A stretch of 64,000 nt of DNA from Candidatus Cloacimonadales bacterium (GTDB taxonomy: Bacteria; Cloacimonadota; Cloacimonadia; Cloacimonadales; JAIOQZ01): the NCBI GenBank assembly GCA_963662655.2, contig CAXXTU010000002.1, forward strand, positions 320,001 to 384,000, given 5' to 3'. The number at the start of each line of letters is the position of its first letter. Positions within the stretch are counted from its first letter, which is position 1. Under the pieces are notes generated by a model, which was given only the letters and a program-made list of their open reading frames with translations, ran no database searches and had not been told where the DNA came from. The translations under genes were made by a program, and so were the position numbers. Below are positions 29,538 through 39,297 of the stretch, piece after piece.

Positions 29538-32500
29538 AGATTGCTCCTCTGGCGATCGCCTTCTTCGGCGTACTCACTCACCTTCACAGGATCGCTTGTA
29601 AACGGGTCGAACTGAACAACGGTTGTCGAGCGAGATGTCCGAACCGCCTCGGTCAGTACCGCTATATCGGCGCGCATTGCGCGATACTCGTCGATGAGCA
29701 TACCAACAGCCAGCCCACCCGAGACAAGCCCACCATCGGCGAATCTGCCGCCCACGGTGGCAGGCACGGGGATCGAAGGAAACATCATGTTGCCGATCAC
29801 GGCTTTGACGGCACCCAATGGTGCATTGTTCACAAAATCGAAGAACCTTCGACCGAGTGCGGCCACCCGGCTCTTCCGGGTCACATGCTCACCGCCTTCG
29901 ACCTCGATCAGTTCGCCACCAAGCGCGTGGGAACGGCCCTTTACGAAGCCGCCAAGCGCGAATTTCTGTTTCTCGATCTGCGCGACATTTGCAAGCCCTG
30001 CCGCCGTTGCTGCAGCTGCCGCGATCGCACCGAGAATCGGGCCGAAATACGGAATGCCTGCCATCGATTTATAAGCGGCTGTAGCCGACGAATAGGTGTC
30101 GACCATCGCCTGCGCCATGGCCATAGCCTTCCACACCGCAAAGCCCTTTTTGCCGAATGCCTTGGCCGCCTTGGCAATGTCCCCGAGTGCTTTCGAAGAT
30201 CCCTGAACCGCGCGCTTGTTGTAGTTGTCCCGGATACGCTGTTTCGCAGCTTCTTTCTGCTCCTCGATCTGCTGTTCGGATATCCCGGCAGCCAGAAGCT
30301 TTGCTTTGCGATCTTCGTAAAATCGATCGACGGCATTCAGTTGAGCGTCGTAGGTGTTGCCTGCAAGCTCGAGCGTACGCTGTTCAAAGTCGTAGCGAGC
30401 TTCTTCCAGTTCTTCATCGTGCTCTTGCTTGAGAGCTTCCTGGTCTGCATCGTACTTTGCGTTGATTTGATCGAGCAATGCCTTTTCAGCCTTGAGCTCT
30501 CGAGCTTTGGCCAGGGCCGCTTCACGGGCGATCTTTATCTCTTTTTGCTTGCGCTCGTACTCATCTTCGATGAGCGCAAGCCCGAACGCCTGACGCATTT
30601 CTCTGAGCTCCATCAATCGCTGAAGCTCTTCTTCCGATTTCGATGAAGACGAGCCGGAACCGCCGCCAGTAGGCGTTACTGACGTGTCTGCTGCTGCTCC
30701 GGATTCTGCTGTCGATCCTCTCGCTGCATCGATCGCGGCCTTGGCAGCTTCCTTGGCAGCATTCCAGGTCTCTGCCGCTTTTGATCCCAGTCCATTGAAT
30801 TGATTGTACGCATCGCTGAAGTTGTTCTTGATGCTCGATGTGGCGTCCTTGAATCCATCGACGAAGCCTGTCTTGATGCGATCGAGCGCGCCCTTGTAGT
30901 TGCCTGAAACAATGTCCTCGAGGATAGCCCCGACGTTGCTGAAAACCTGTTTGACCACCTCATACATCGTGTACCAGGGAGCCGTTAGGGTCTTGAGCAT
31001 ACCCTTTCCGAAATCGAAGAGGAACAGCCCGAACGACTTGATGTAGTCCCATATAATTTGGATCGATGCAGTGGCATAGAGCTTGACCGCAGCCCAGGCA
31101 TTACTCCACCCGCCCAGTCGATTGACGACGACCAGAAGGGCCGCGCCGACAGCTACGATGATCGTGACGATCGTACCGATGGGATTGGACAGGATCGCTA
31201 CTTTCAGCGCGTTCCAGCTGAGTGTGTGCAAGGTCTGAATAATCGTGAACGCCTTGATGGCTGCTGCAGTGATCACAGACCATTTCTGATATAGGATGGT
31301 TGCGGCTGTGGCAGTTCCGATTACGGTTGCCAGCGCAAGCAGGATGTCCTTGTTTTTATCAACGAACTCGAAGAAGTTTGTTATTCCATCCAGAGCGGTT
31401 CCGACCGCAGGTGCAAGACGATCGACCAGTCCGACGACAATTTTATTGAAGGTGGCGACAAGGCGATCGGCCTGGAATCCAATTTTATCAATCCCTGTCT
31501 GCTCGTCGAATGCCTTCTGAGACGTTACCGCTTCATTGTACATGAAGGCGAGGTCTTCCGCCGCGACTTTCGCCTTATCTCCCGTGAGAGTCACAGTAAA
31601 AGCGTACGCTTCCTGGCTGCCGAGAAGTTCCTGGAGCTTCGTCGCCGATCCACCAGCCATTTCACGAACACGAGAAAGACCTTCCTGGAATGTCATCGAT
31701 GCTGTCCATCCATCGCCCAGCACCTTATTGAGCGCGAGAATCGTTCCGCGCATATAGCGTGTAGCGGTTGACGTCTCGTTACCGGCCTTTGTAAAGGTGG
31801 CCAGAGCCCCCATCACTTCCTCGATGGGGATGTTTGCGGAGGCTGCTGTTGATGCGACTTGACCTAAATTGTTTGCCAGGTCGGAGAAGTCTGTTTTTGC
31901 GCGTTCGACACCCCTGAAAGCAACGTTAAACACTCGCTCGGTTTCCTTGGATGACAAGTTCCAAGCGTTGAGGGCGTTTGTTCCGAAATTAATCGACTCT
32001 GTCAGTGTTGCAGATCCGCCACGGGCCGAGATAGCTGCCTGATTGAAAAATTCAAGTTCAGCACGTCCAGCCGACACAGCATCGTAGTAACCCTTCGTTA
32101 GATCAGTCAGGCTCTTGATACCCTTTTCTTTACCAATCTGCAGAAGCCAGGAAGAAACCTGTCGGAGCTCTTCTTTCGTCATACGCAGCATCGTGTTCGT
32201 GTTGGTCATGCCCGATTGAAAATCGGTGAAGATGCTGATCGGCCTTTCAAGAACCCGGTACATGTCCATCGCGGCCTGACGCGCACCCCGATAGGCGTTG
32301 CCGAGATCGGAGAGCGTACCGAGCATGCCTTTATTCGCTTTCTGACCTTTCTTTCCGGTCTTTTCGGTCTCGTCGCCGAGGTCTTTGACGCTCTTCTGCG
32401 TATCCTTGGCTGCATCATCAACGTCCTCGAGATCGCTCTGAACCTGATCAAAGACATGCTCCAGCGCCGACAGGTCAGGCTTGGCCATCAGACCTTTCGC

Positions 32501-32611
32501 AATCGCATGGAACTGGCGAGAGAACTCTTGACCAATGGTAAGAGCCCCCGCGAGCCCGTCCTTGAAAGGCTTCAGGTCGATATTGATGGGAACGTTGATG
32601 TTAGTCGGCAT
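29534..32611 (-). CDS. Tail tape measure protein (TP901-like)
   Basis: 1025 aa, Ala-rich; FQSGMTNTNTM...LGQVASTAA core, hydrophobic repeats, coiled coil. Confidence 0.92.
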   Translation of the reverse strand: MPTNINVPINIDLKPFKDGLAGALTIGQEFSRQFHAIAKGLMAKPDLSALEHVFDQVQSDLEDVDDAAKDTQKSVKDLGDETEKTGKKGQKANKGMLGTLSDLGNAYRGARQAAMDMYRVLERPISIFTDFQSGMTNTNTMLRMTKEELRQVSSWLLQIGKEKGIKSLTDLTKGYYDAVSAGRAELEFFNQAAISARGGSATLTESINFGTNALNAWNLSSKETERVFNVAFRGVERAKTDFSDLANNLGQVASTAASANIPIEEVMGALATFTKAGNETSTATRYMRGTILALNKVLGDGWTASMTFQEGLSRVREMAGGSATKLQELLGSQEAYAFTVTLTGDKAKVAAEDLAFMYNEAVTSQKAFDEQTGIDKIGFQADRLVATFNKIVVGLVDRLAPAVGTALDGITNFFEFVDKNKDILLALATVIGTATAATILYQKWSVITAAAIKAFTIIQTLHTLSWNALKVAILSNPIGTIVTIIVAVGAALLVVVNRLGGWSNAWAAVKLYATASIQIIWDYIKSFGLFLFDFGKGMLKTLTAPWYTMYEVVKQVFSNVGAILEDIVSGNYKGALDRIKTGFVDGFKDATSSIKNNFSDAYNQFNGLGSKAAETWNAAKEAAKAAIDAARGSTAESGAAADTSVTPTGGGSGSSSSKSEEELQRLMELREMRQAFGLALIEDEYERKQKEIKIAREAALAKARELKAEKALLDQINAKYDADQEALKQEHDEELEEARYDFEQRTLELAGNTYDAQLNAVDRFYEDRKAKLLAAGISEQQIEEQKEAAKQRIRDNYNKRAVQGSSKALGDIAKAAKAFGKKGFAVWKAMAMAQAMVDTYSSATAAYKSMAGIPYFGPILGAIAAAAATAAGLANVAQIEKQKFALGGFVKGRSHALGGELIEVEGGEHVTRKSRVAALGRRFFDFVNNAPLGAVKAVIGNMMFPSIPVPATVGGRFADGGLVSGGLAVGMLIDEYRAMRADIAVLTEAVRTSRSTTVVQFDPFTSDPVKVSEYAEEGDRQRSNL

Positions 32612-32710
32612 TCTCGCGATAACCCTCTATCATGATGCAGTAGCGCAGATAGCACTCTGCGAAGGTGAATTTGTTGAAATCATCATGGGTCAGACCGGCG
32701 GTTCTCAAGC

Positions 32711-33064
32711 TCATTTCGAGCCGTTCGAACTGGTGCTCTGTGGATCCCCCAGCTTGGATTCGAAATTGGCGAGCAAGGGTTTGAACTTCTGCCAGCTGGT
32801 GATGATATTGGTAAAAAAATCACCGAGCACCTCAAAGCTCTGATCCAGACCGGCTTGCTCGATCGGTACACCCAGCAGGATTTCGATGATTTCAACGTCC
32901 GCTCTCGAATCGTAAACCAGTTCGATGAGCCCGAGTATCCCGAGCCCTGCAAAATCTTCGACATCATCCATGTTTTTGAGTTTCGATAAGGTCTCTTTCA
33001 GCTTTTCGTTCTTCAGGAAAACGCCGAATACACGGCGAAAGGTGTCGTATGTGAGTTGTTTCAT
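32711..33064 (-). CDS. Tail assembly chaperone G (with -1 frameshift GT form to 32601)
   Basis: Directly upstream of tape measure; T-TTT-TTT slippery heptamer at 32813-32819. Confidence 0.75.
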   Translation of the reverse strand: MKQLTYDTFRRVFGVFLKNEKLKETLSKLKNMDDVEDFAGLGILGLIELVYDSRADVEIIEILLGVPIEQAGLDQSFEVLGDFFTNIITSWQKFKPLLANFESKLGDPQSTSSNGSK

Positions 33065-33450
33065 TGTTTCTCCTTGTAAAGCCAGCTGACTTGCGGTTTT
33101 GAATTATCGATATCCACATGGATGAAGTTCTTGCCGATGCCGATGCGACGAAATCCCGCCATGACGACACCGACCAACACCTTCAGGCGAGTGGTTGAAT
33201 CAGGTGTGTAAATGTCAGCGGCCACGCCTTTGAGGTGTGGTGAGTTTGTTGCAGGCTTGCATGTCGAGACAGCGGCATTGTGTTTCTCACAGCGGCTTGC
33301 AGACGTGATTCGATAAGCGCATCCGGAGATTCCACGTGCCGTGTCGAGCATCCGGACAAGCTCGGGATGTGGGTTGCTGTGGCCGCATCCGCACTGACAG
33401 GCGAATTCACTTGGCTTGAAGTGCGTTATGTTCTTCCAGTTCAGTGACAT
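33061..33450 (-). CDS. Peptidase M15A family endolysin
   Basis: HFKPSEFACQCGCG, ITSASRC, SPHLKGVAAD, FIHVD. Confidence 0.9.
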   Translation of the reverse strand: MSLNWKNITHFKPSEFACQCGCGHSNPHPELVRMLDTARGISGCAYRITSASRCEKHNAAVSTCKPATNSPHLKGVAADIYTPDSTTRLKVLVGVVMAGFRRIGIGKNFIHVDIDNSKPQVSWLYKEKQ

Positions 33451-33509
33451 CGTTCCCCCTATGAAGGTTGGTCGCCCAGTTGCCTAGGCGACCCATCGTT
33501 ATTCGTTGA

Positions 33510-33686
33510 TTATGCGCTAATTACGCCAGCATTGATGAAGAGCTGGCGGATAAATTCGATGACTTTGTCATCGACTTTGTTTTCCGTTTTCTCGACCTGT
33601 TCTTCCAGGAGTTCGAGAACGGCATCGACTGCCATCTCCAACGGAAGTAATCTCCAGGCTGCTTTCAGTATGTTTTTCCAATTCAT
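33510..33686 (-). CDS. Small 58-aa phage protein (not in ORF track)
   Basis: MNWKNILKAAWRLLPLEMAVDAVLELLEEQVEKTENKVDDKVIEFIRQLFINAGVISA; GGAG RBS. Confidence 0.6.
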   Translation of the reverse strand: MNWKNILKAAWRLLPLEMAVDAVLELLEEQVEKTENKVDDKVIEFIRQLFINAGVISA

Positions 33687-33951
33687 GTGATACTCCTTGG
33701 GGTGATTGGGATGTTTGCATTTGTGGAATGAAAAAGAACACCTTCACGGCCATCGTGATGAGCAATATGAAAACGGCCCAACTCAGACGAAGGGTCATCG
33801 TCTGGCGATCCTCTACGCGCGAAAGGCGTGTCGTGATCGCATTCTTGCTGCTGCCGTTTCCGAAGAGCTCTTTATGGCAGGCGTTCACCTTGTTTTCGAT
33901 GTCTTGATGCGCTGTGCAGTCTTTACAGCCCATGATTCTTCCTTTAGGCAT
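33568..33951 (-). CDS. Membrane protein, holin candidate
   Basis: LFGNG...RLSRVE then one TM helix; lysis-module position. Confidence 0.45.
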   Translation of the reverse strand: MPKGRIMGCKDCTAHQDIENKVNACHKELFGNGSSKNAITTRLSRVEDRQTMTLRLSWAVFILLITMAVKVFFFIPQMQTSQSPQGVSHELEKHTESSLEITSVGDGSRCRSRTPGRTGRENGKQSR

Positions 33952-34720
33952 TTGCTATCAGCAGTTCCGTTTTGCGTTTCAGTTGTCCGGATAGTGAGTA
34001 GGTGGTTTCGAGTTCTTCGATGTTGTAATCCTTGTACATTTCACGAATAGCCGGGTGATCGTTGTACGACAGCAGCCACTTGCCTTTGATCGTCTTCAGC
34101 TGCTCGCATAGTTCGTCATGAGCAGTGAAAGACTCGATTCCGTCCCTTTCATACAGGCTTTCCAGCTCGTAATACGGTGGATCGAGATAGAAGAAAGTGC
34201 CGGGCTTGTCGTAGTGTCTGATCAGCTGCTTGAAGTCCTGATTCTCGATGATCACATTGCGCAGTCTGTCCGTTGCCTTCAAGACTTTCTCGGTGTCACG
34301 AAGCGGAAGCATGCTCGTATGCCCACGTACCGCGAATGTGTTTCCCAACGATCCGAACGAGCAGGCAACCTTGTAGTAGAATTGCACTGCCCGTTCAAGA
34401 TCGGTGGTTGGCTGAGACCGGAGGAACTCGTGAAACAGCTCTCGTGATGCTATCAGTCGTTTGAGCTCTGCCGTGAACGCCTGCGGGTGTCGCTGGATGT
34501 AGCGCCAGAAATTGACCAGGTCACCGTTGAGATCGTTGTATATCTCGCGGTATTTCTGGCGAGAGTCGAGTCTCCAGTCCTTGGGATCGTCGCTCTTGCC
34601 AAAGAGAACCCAGCCAGCCCCACCGAACACCTCGCAATAGGTGTCGTGTCGTGGCATTCGCTCAATAATGGATTTACGAAGAAGTCTTTTGCCACCGACC
34701 CATGCAATAATCGAGTTCAT
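33944..34720 (-). CDS. DNA adenine methyltransferase (D12 class)
   Basis: WVGGK, EVFGGAG, YNDLN, YLDPPY; likely start ATG 34720. Confidence 0.9.
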   Translation of the reverse strand: MNSIIAWVGGKRLLRKSIIERMPRHDTYCEVFGGAGWVLFGKSDDPKDWRLDSRQKYREIYNDLNGDLVNFWRYIQRHPQAFTAELKRLIASRELFHEFLRSQPTTDLERAVQFYYKVACSFGSLGNTFAVRGHTSMLPLRDTEKVLKATDRLRNVIIENQDFKQLIRHYDKPGTFFYLDPPYYELESLYERDGIESFTAHDELCEQLKTIKGKWLLSYNDHPAIREMYKDYNIEELETTYSLSGQLKRKTELLIANA

Positions 34721-34935
34721 AGTGTGGGAGTCCTTAATAGATTGGTCGGTAGGAATGGGTGTAGAATCTATGAAGGGTGCCACGTTCTCCGCCAAGAACA
34801 CCAATAGCAGTGTCACGACCACGAGGGTCGTAAAACGTGACACCCAATGTGTCAGATTTGATGCGCTATTGATTTGCGTTCTTGGCGGGAACTCGGTTAA
34901 AATTTTCATATTGATAATTTCCTGTCAAGCCCTGA

Positions 34936-35478
34936 TTAAGCAGCGTCAGGGATGTCTTTCATTGGGATGACGGTGTTTTTCGTTGTTCCGCTGAATTCGC
35001 TCGATAGAACCATCGTCCACAAGCCGAATGCCTCAGTAGACCAGGCGACCGACCAGGTCATTCCGTTCAGGATAAGCGCCTGGCTCTTGTCTTCGTTAAC
35101 GCATACAAGGGTGAGGATGGTTCCATTCTCACTGACGCTCTCGAGGAATTCCTTCTTTTCCTGACTGATTCCGTTGATCGTGATATCGGCAGTCGTGGTA
35201 CGTTTGGTCTCGAATTTGTGGTGCAGCGTTTTGGCTGTTTCGGTCTTGGAATCGAGCTTGACCGGCTTCTCAGCGAGCAGACCGAGCTTCTCGAAGCTGG
35301 CCGTCAACTCAGTGGCTAAGACGGTCTTATCAGCGAACTTGGTTTCGATATCTGCGGACGTATAGCTGCCTGCTCCGATGTGACATTCTTCGAGCTTGAG
35401 AACAGCTATCTGCTTGCTCAGATCGCCCAAGTCCCCGGAGGTCATTCCGTCAGGAAGCGTTGGTTTTGTTACTGCCAT
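34936..35478 (-). CDS. Putative major tail tube protein
   Basis: 180 aa, strong GGAGG RBS, follows capsid gene; function inferred from position and size. Confidence 0.5.
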   Translation of the reverse strand: MAVTKPTLPDGMTSGDLGDLSKQIAVLKLEECHIGAGSYTSADIETKFADKTVLATELTASFEKLGLLAEKPVKLDSKTETAKTLHHKFETKRTTTADITINGISQEKKEFLESVSENGTILTLVCVNEDKSQALILNGMTWSVAWSTEAFGLWTMVLSSEFSGTTKNTVIPMKDIPDAA

Positions 35479-35489
35479 TTGTTACCTCC

Positions 35490-37241
35490 CTACTCTTCCG
35501 GCTCTGGCTCGACGAGATGGAACACCAGCGCGAAGCCGTTGACGTACGTGATTCCTGCGCGCAGGCGCAGATAGAAGTGCCATTTCCAGTCAGAGCCGTG
35601 ATGCTCCTTCTTCAGTTCTACATCGGTCCGAACGCCGAGTATGATGAACTTGGCCAGACCTGCGACGATATAGTTATCCGGCAAAAGTCGCTCTTTGACC
35701 GGGATACCACCGTAGGACAACTTGCCTCCTTCCATGAGGAGTTTGTCGCCGAGTTGTGTCGGACGGGCCGCAATCTCAGCGGCGATCCGGATGTGATCCT
35801 TATGGCTTACATAGATGACGAATCCTTCTTTTTCCTCAAGCATGTCGTCACTGAATGTAAGCAGAACCTGTTCGAAGCGCTTTGACCATGTGTCATAGGT
35901 TGTTGGATTGACGTCCGTGATTGCCGAAGCGTCGGAAGCCTGTACGATGACACCATCAAGAGCCGCAAGCGCTGGAGTCGCAGAATCGCGATCACCCTTA
36001 AACAGAAGCTTGCGCAGTGCCTTCTCGGCCTTCCCGGCGATGACCTTCTCGACGTATGCTCCGAAAGCTTCCTCGCCGTACTTGTCTTTGTAGAACTCGA
36101 CCGTTTCCTTGCTGAGCGTGATCTCAGCCGTGAGGATACCGGTAGGACAGGAAATGTCACCTGTCGAGATTGCCTGTGCGGTTGGTGAGCCATCGAGCGA
36201 GTTGGTGAATACGAGGTCATCGATGAGACCGGCATCGATCTTTTCATCTTTCTGCAGCAGTGTTACTGTAATGTCCGAAAGAGTATCGCTGGGATTGGAT
36301 GCGATCACTTCGTCAATGAAAAGACCTGCCATATTTTCAGTCAGGATGTTCATTGGCTGACCGGAATCGACATTGGCGATACTCTTATAGAGCTCGCGCT
36401 TTTCGGCCTTGATGACGATTTCGATACCCTTGATTTTCACGGTTCTGTCGGCCACTGTTCCCCCGGGCTCGCCATGAAGTGATTTCGATATTGCTTTGCT
36501 CACCTTGTCTCCCATGTTTTCAACTGCGGCGCCAAGGCGGTTGATAGCATCATCTAGCTTGGCATCCGATTGCGATCCTTCTGCTTCGGCGATTTGCTTC
36601 TCGATCTCACTGATCGCCGCATCGAACTCGTCGCCTTTCGCCTTGTCCTTGAATCCCTTGAGCATGTCCTTGAGGCTATCGACCTTGTGGGCGAGTTTCG
36701 CGAGTTCTGGGCTGGAACTGTTTTCGTCATCTACGTGCCCGTAGATCGATACACCGTTGAATTGTTTCTTCTTCACCTTCTGCCAGTATGGTGAAGCGAG
36801 ATTGTCGAACTTGATTGTTTGAACCCATGAGCCGATCTTTGTGTCGGGGTAGTGCTCATCATCCTTGGCCTTGAGAATGGAATTCTCCGCCACATAGCAG
36901 TCATCAATGGGTTTGAAATTGTGGTTGATGTCGTTCTTTCCGACCATGCCCTTCCGGGAAAAGTGGTCACATGCTTTTTGAATTTCTTCTTTGGTACAGG
37001 TGTCGCCTTGGGCGTCAACCGTATCCGGCTCCATCACGGTCACATAGAGCCTGCCTTGGTCGTCTGATTTGAACTTGGCCGTACTGCGAACATAAGCGTG
37101 CTGCTTGCCATTTTGTGATTTGGCGATAGCGCCCTTCTGATTGGCAGGCATCACCTCATCGAACAGCAGCGACACAAGGTCAACATCCACATTGCTCATC
37201 TGTCCCTTCATGACAGTTCTTCGTTTGCGGAATAGATTCAT
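35490..37241 (-). CDS. XkdF-like prohead protease-scaffold-major capsid fusion
   Basis: EPDTVDAQGD...INH...GSWV...NGVSIYG protease region, coiled-coil linker, capsid-like C-terminal half. Confidence 0.7.
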   Translation of the reverse strand: MNLFRKRRTVMKGQMSNVDVDLVSLLFDEVMPANQKGAIAKSQNGKQHAYVRSTAKFKSDDQGRLYVTVMEPDTVDAQGDTCTKEEIQKACDHFSRKGMVGKNDINHNFKPIDDCYVAENSILKAKDDEHYPDTKIGSWVQTIKFDNLASPYWQKVKKKQFNGVSIYGHVDDENSSSPELAKLAHKVDSLKDMLKGFKDKAKGDEFDAAISEIEKQIAEAEGSQSDAKLDDAINRLGAAVENMGDKVSKAISKSLHGEPGGTVADRTVKIKGIEIVIKAEKRELYKSIANVDSGQPMNILTENMAGLFIDEVIASNPSDTLSDITVTLLQKDEKIDAGLIDDLVFTNSLDGSPTAQAISTGDISCPTGILTAEITLSKETVEFYKDKYGEEAFGAYVEKVIAGKAEKALRKLLFKGDRDSATPALAALDGVIVQASDASAITDVNPTTYDTWSKRFEQVLLTFSDDMLEEKEGFVIYVSHKDHIRIAAEIAARPTQLGDKLLMEGGKLSYGGIPVKERLLPDNYIVAGLAKFIILGVRTDVELKKEHHGSDWKWHFYLRLRAGITYVNGFALVFHLVEPEPEE

Positions 37242-37250
37242 ACTGCCTCC

Positions 37251-38438
37251 TTATTTATTCCGATTTGTTTGAAATAGCTTTTCGTCTTCGCTCATGAATG
37301 CGTCTGTCAGCACACCGAAATCGATATCGCTTGTCTGGAGCCCCCAGGTGAATTCTCGATTGAACTCTTTCACAAGGGCGGTTGCGATCCGGTTCTGTAG
37401 CGGTTTCACGACGAATTTATAGAACATGATCATATCTGAATTGTTGTCGCCTCCGAGCTGGCCTGATACGAGCTGAGACACAAGCCTGGCGGGGACACGG
37501 TGGTATGCGAAAATCCCTTCACGCAAATCCTTCTTCAGCTTGATGAAGCTTCCGTCCTTGTCTTGCTGGCGGAGCGGCTCGAGGCGGATGTGGACATTTT
37601 CTTTCTCAACTTCGAGCAAGATGCTTGCGTGTGATTTCTTGTTGCCGGTTGCCTCTTTCATGGCGTTCTCGATCGCTGCAAATGCGTCCTGCTCGACGAC
37701 GTTTCCCTCGTCGTCCACGATCGTGTTATCACGCAATGAACCGCCTTCGATGATGATGAAATAGTCGATCAGGAGCCCGTTCTTGAAGTTGTTGTAATCA
37801 AACGTCTTGATCTCGCCCAGAATCTCTGCGTTGATCGCGATCGGGATACTTGAGAGCCCCCAGCCATTCGAGTTGTGAACCGGCCTCTTGATGTGGATGA
37901 CATCTTTGTTATCGAATAGCGTGCGCTTGTTGTTGCGGTGCTGAATGTAGTCCGGCTTGAAGAATCCGTGGTCGTCGTACTTCTCCACGAGAATCACTTC
38001 AGGCGGGAGAATGCGCTCGATGCCAACCCACTCGCCTTTTACGTTTCGCATCTTGAGCAGAAAGGCATTTCCACAAGCAGCATGGTATTTGACGGCCTCG
38101 CTGAGCATAGAATTGAGGCTTTCATTCCCTGGGAACTCGGCTGAAGCGATCCACTTCTTGAGATTGGCGTTCGTGGTTTCGACCTGCATGATTGCAGAGT
38201 CCTTGAGCGCTTCACAGCATCCGAAATGGTATTCGTCGATATCGAGTAGTTTTAGGAGCTTGGACATCGAATAGGGTGCATGAACTAGCTTGGCCTTCTC
38301 ATCAGCCTTGGAAATCGTTTTTGATCCAATCCAGGCCATCTTGCTGAGGTCAATCGTATCAGCCACATAATGCTCTTCTACCAGCTCGCGAGCAGAGGAA
38401 ATACCAACAATGTTAGAGCCAATTTTCCGCACGATCAT
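37251..38438 (-). CDS. Phage portal protein (PBSX-like)
   Basis: CGNAFL, VIHIK...WGLS, D-x-S-F-I-K-L-K, IFAYHRVP, VKPLQ. Confidence 0.85.
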   Translation of the reverse strand: MIVRKIGSNIVGISSARELVEEHYVADTIDLSKMAWIGSKTISKADEKAKLVHAPYSMSKLLKLLDIDEYHFGCCEALKDSAIMQVETTNANLKKWIASAEFPGNESLNSMLSEAVKYHAACGNAFLLKMRNVKGEWVGIERILPPEVILVEKYDDHGFFKPDYIQHRNNKRTLFDNKDVIHIKRPVHNSNGWGLSSIPIAINAEILGEIKTFDYNNFKNGLLIDYFIIIEGGSLRDNTIVDDEGNVVEQDAFAAIENAMKEATGNKKSHASILLEVEKENVHIRLEPLRQQDKDGSFIKLKKDLREGIFAYHRVPARLVSQLVSGQLGGDNNSDMIMFYKFVVKPLQNRIATALVKEFNREFTWGLQTSDIDFGVLTDAFMSEDEKLFQTNRNK

Positions 38439-38818
38439 ATCACGTACTCCAGGTTGAGTTTGGCGACTCTGACACGTCTCGAATCGGCAGTGGCATCGCA
38501 GTACTCACATCCAACAATGTCCCGATCAATAGCCTTGATTAGATTCGTACGGAAGGTCTCTTTCATGGTCATGATTGCGATATCCGGATCTTCGACACCG
38601 TCGATTTTAATGAGCAGATAGATCGCAATCTGGAGCTTCAAACTGTTATACGTTCGCAGTGAAGGGTTGACACCTTCATCGCCTTCGAGAATTACCATTG
38701 CTGCAGGGAAATCGAAAGGAACTTTGTCCTTGCGGAAATAGACTCGCGCTTCAGGAATCTCGACCTTGGCCAGAATTGCCACAATTTGGTTGCGGAGCTC
38801 AGTGTACTGCGCGGTCAT
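38435..38818 (-). CDS. Putative tail terminator/completion protein
   Basis: Size, position and RVY...FPAAMV pattern. Confidence 0.45.
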   Translation of the reverse strand: MTAQYTELRNQIVAILAKVEIPEARVYFRKDKVPFDFPAAMVILEGDEGVNPSLRTYNSLKLQIAIYLLIKIDGVEDPDIAIMTMKETFRTNLIKAIDRDIVGCEYCDATADSRRVRVAKLNLEYVI

Positions 38819-39297
38819 AGTACAACCTCAATGCTGTCGAGCTGATCGAATATCCATTCCTTTTCGTTCTCGATGACTTCAGCGAAAACGTTTCGTTCCT
38901 CGATGCCTCGCGCTTTTATCTTGAACTGGATGATTCGGGCCATTTCATCAATCGTGAGTTCTTTTTTGGTTTTCTTATCCACCCAATCCAGCTTCTTACG
39001 CTCAACCCATGCCTTGAGCGGCTCGAGCGGTGTCCAGGACGGAACCTTTCCACCGAGAACAAAAGGCTCGTGCGCGACATTGGAACCGACAGCCAGCCCG
39101 ATCGAATTACCCTTGCGAGTTACCCGGTACTCAACCCCACGATAGAAGTCACCCTTATCGTATGGCCCATCGTCGAGAATCTTCTTCTTGGCTTTGGCCA
39201 CGATCACGTTGCCGATCATGTGCGCTCGCTCTGTCATGGCAGCATAGATGGCGCGATAGATTTCCTTCATGGTGTTATTCATCGTCGTCATCTCCAC
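38815..39297 (-). CDS. Putative neck/tail-completion protein (HK97 gp10-like)
   Basis: VGSNVAHEPFV...PLKAWVERK...IKARGI. Confidence 0.6.
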   Translation of the reverse strand: MEMTTMNNTMKEIYRAIYAAMTERAHMIGNVIVAKAKKKILDDGPYDKGDFYRGVEYRVTRKGNSIGLAVGSNVAHEPFVLGGKVPSWTPLEPLKAWVERKKLDWVDKKTKKELTIDEMARIIQFKIKARGIEERNVFAEVIENEKEWIFDQLDSIEVVL

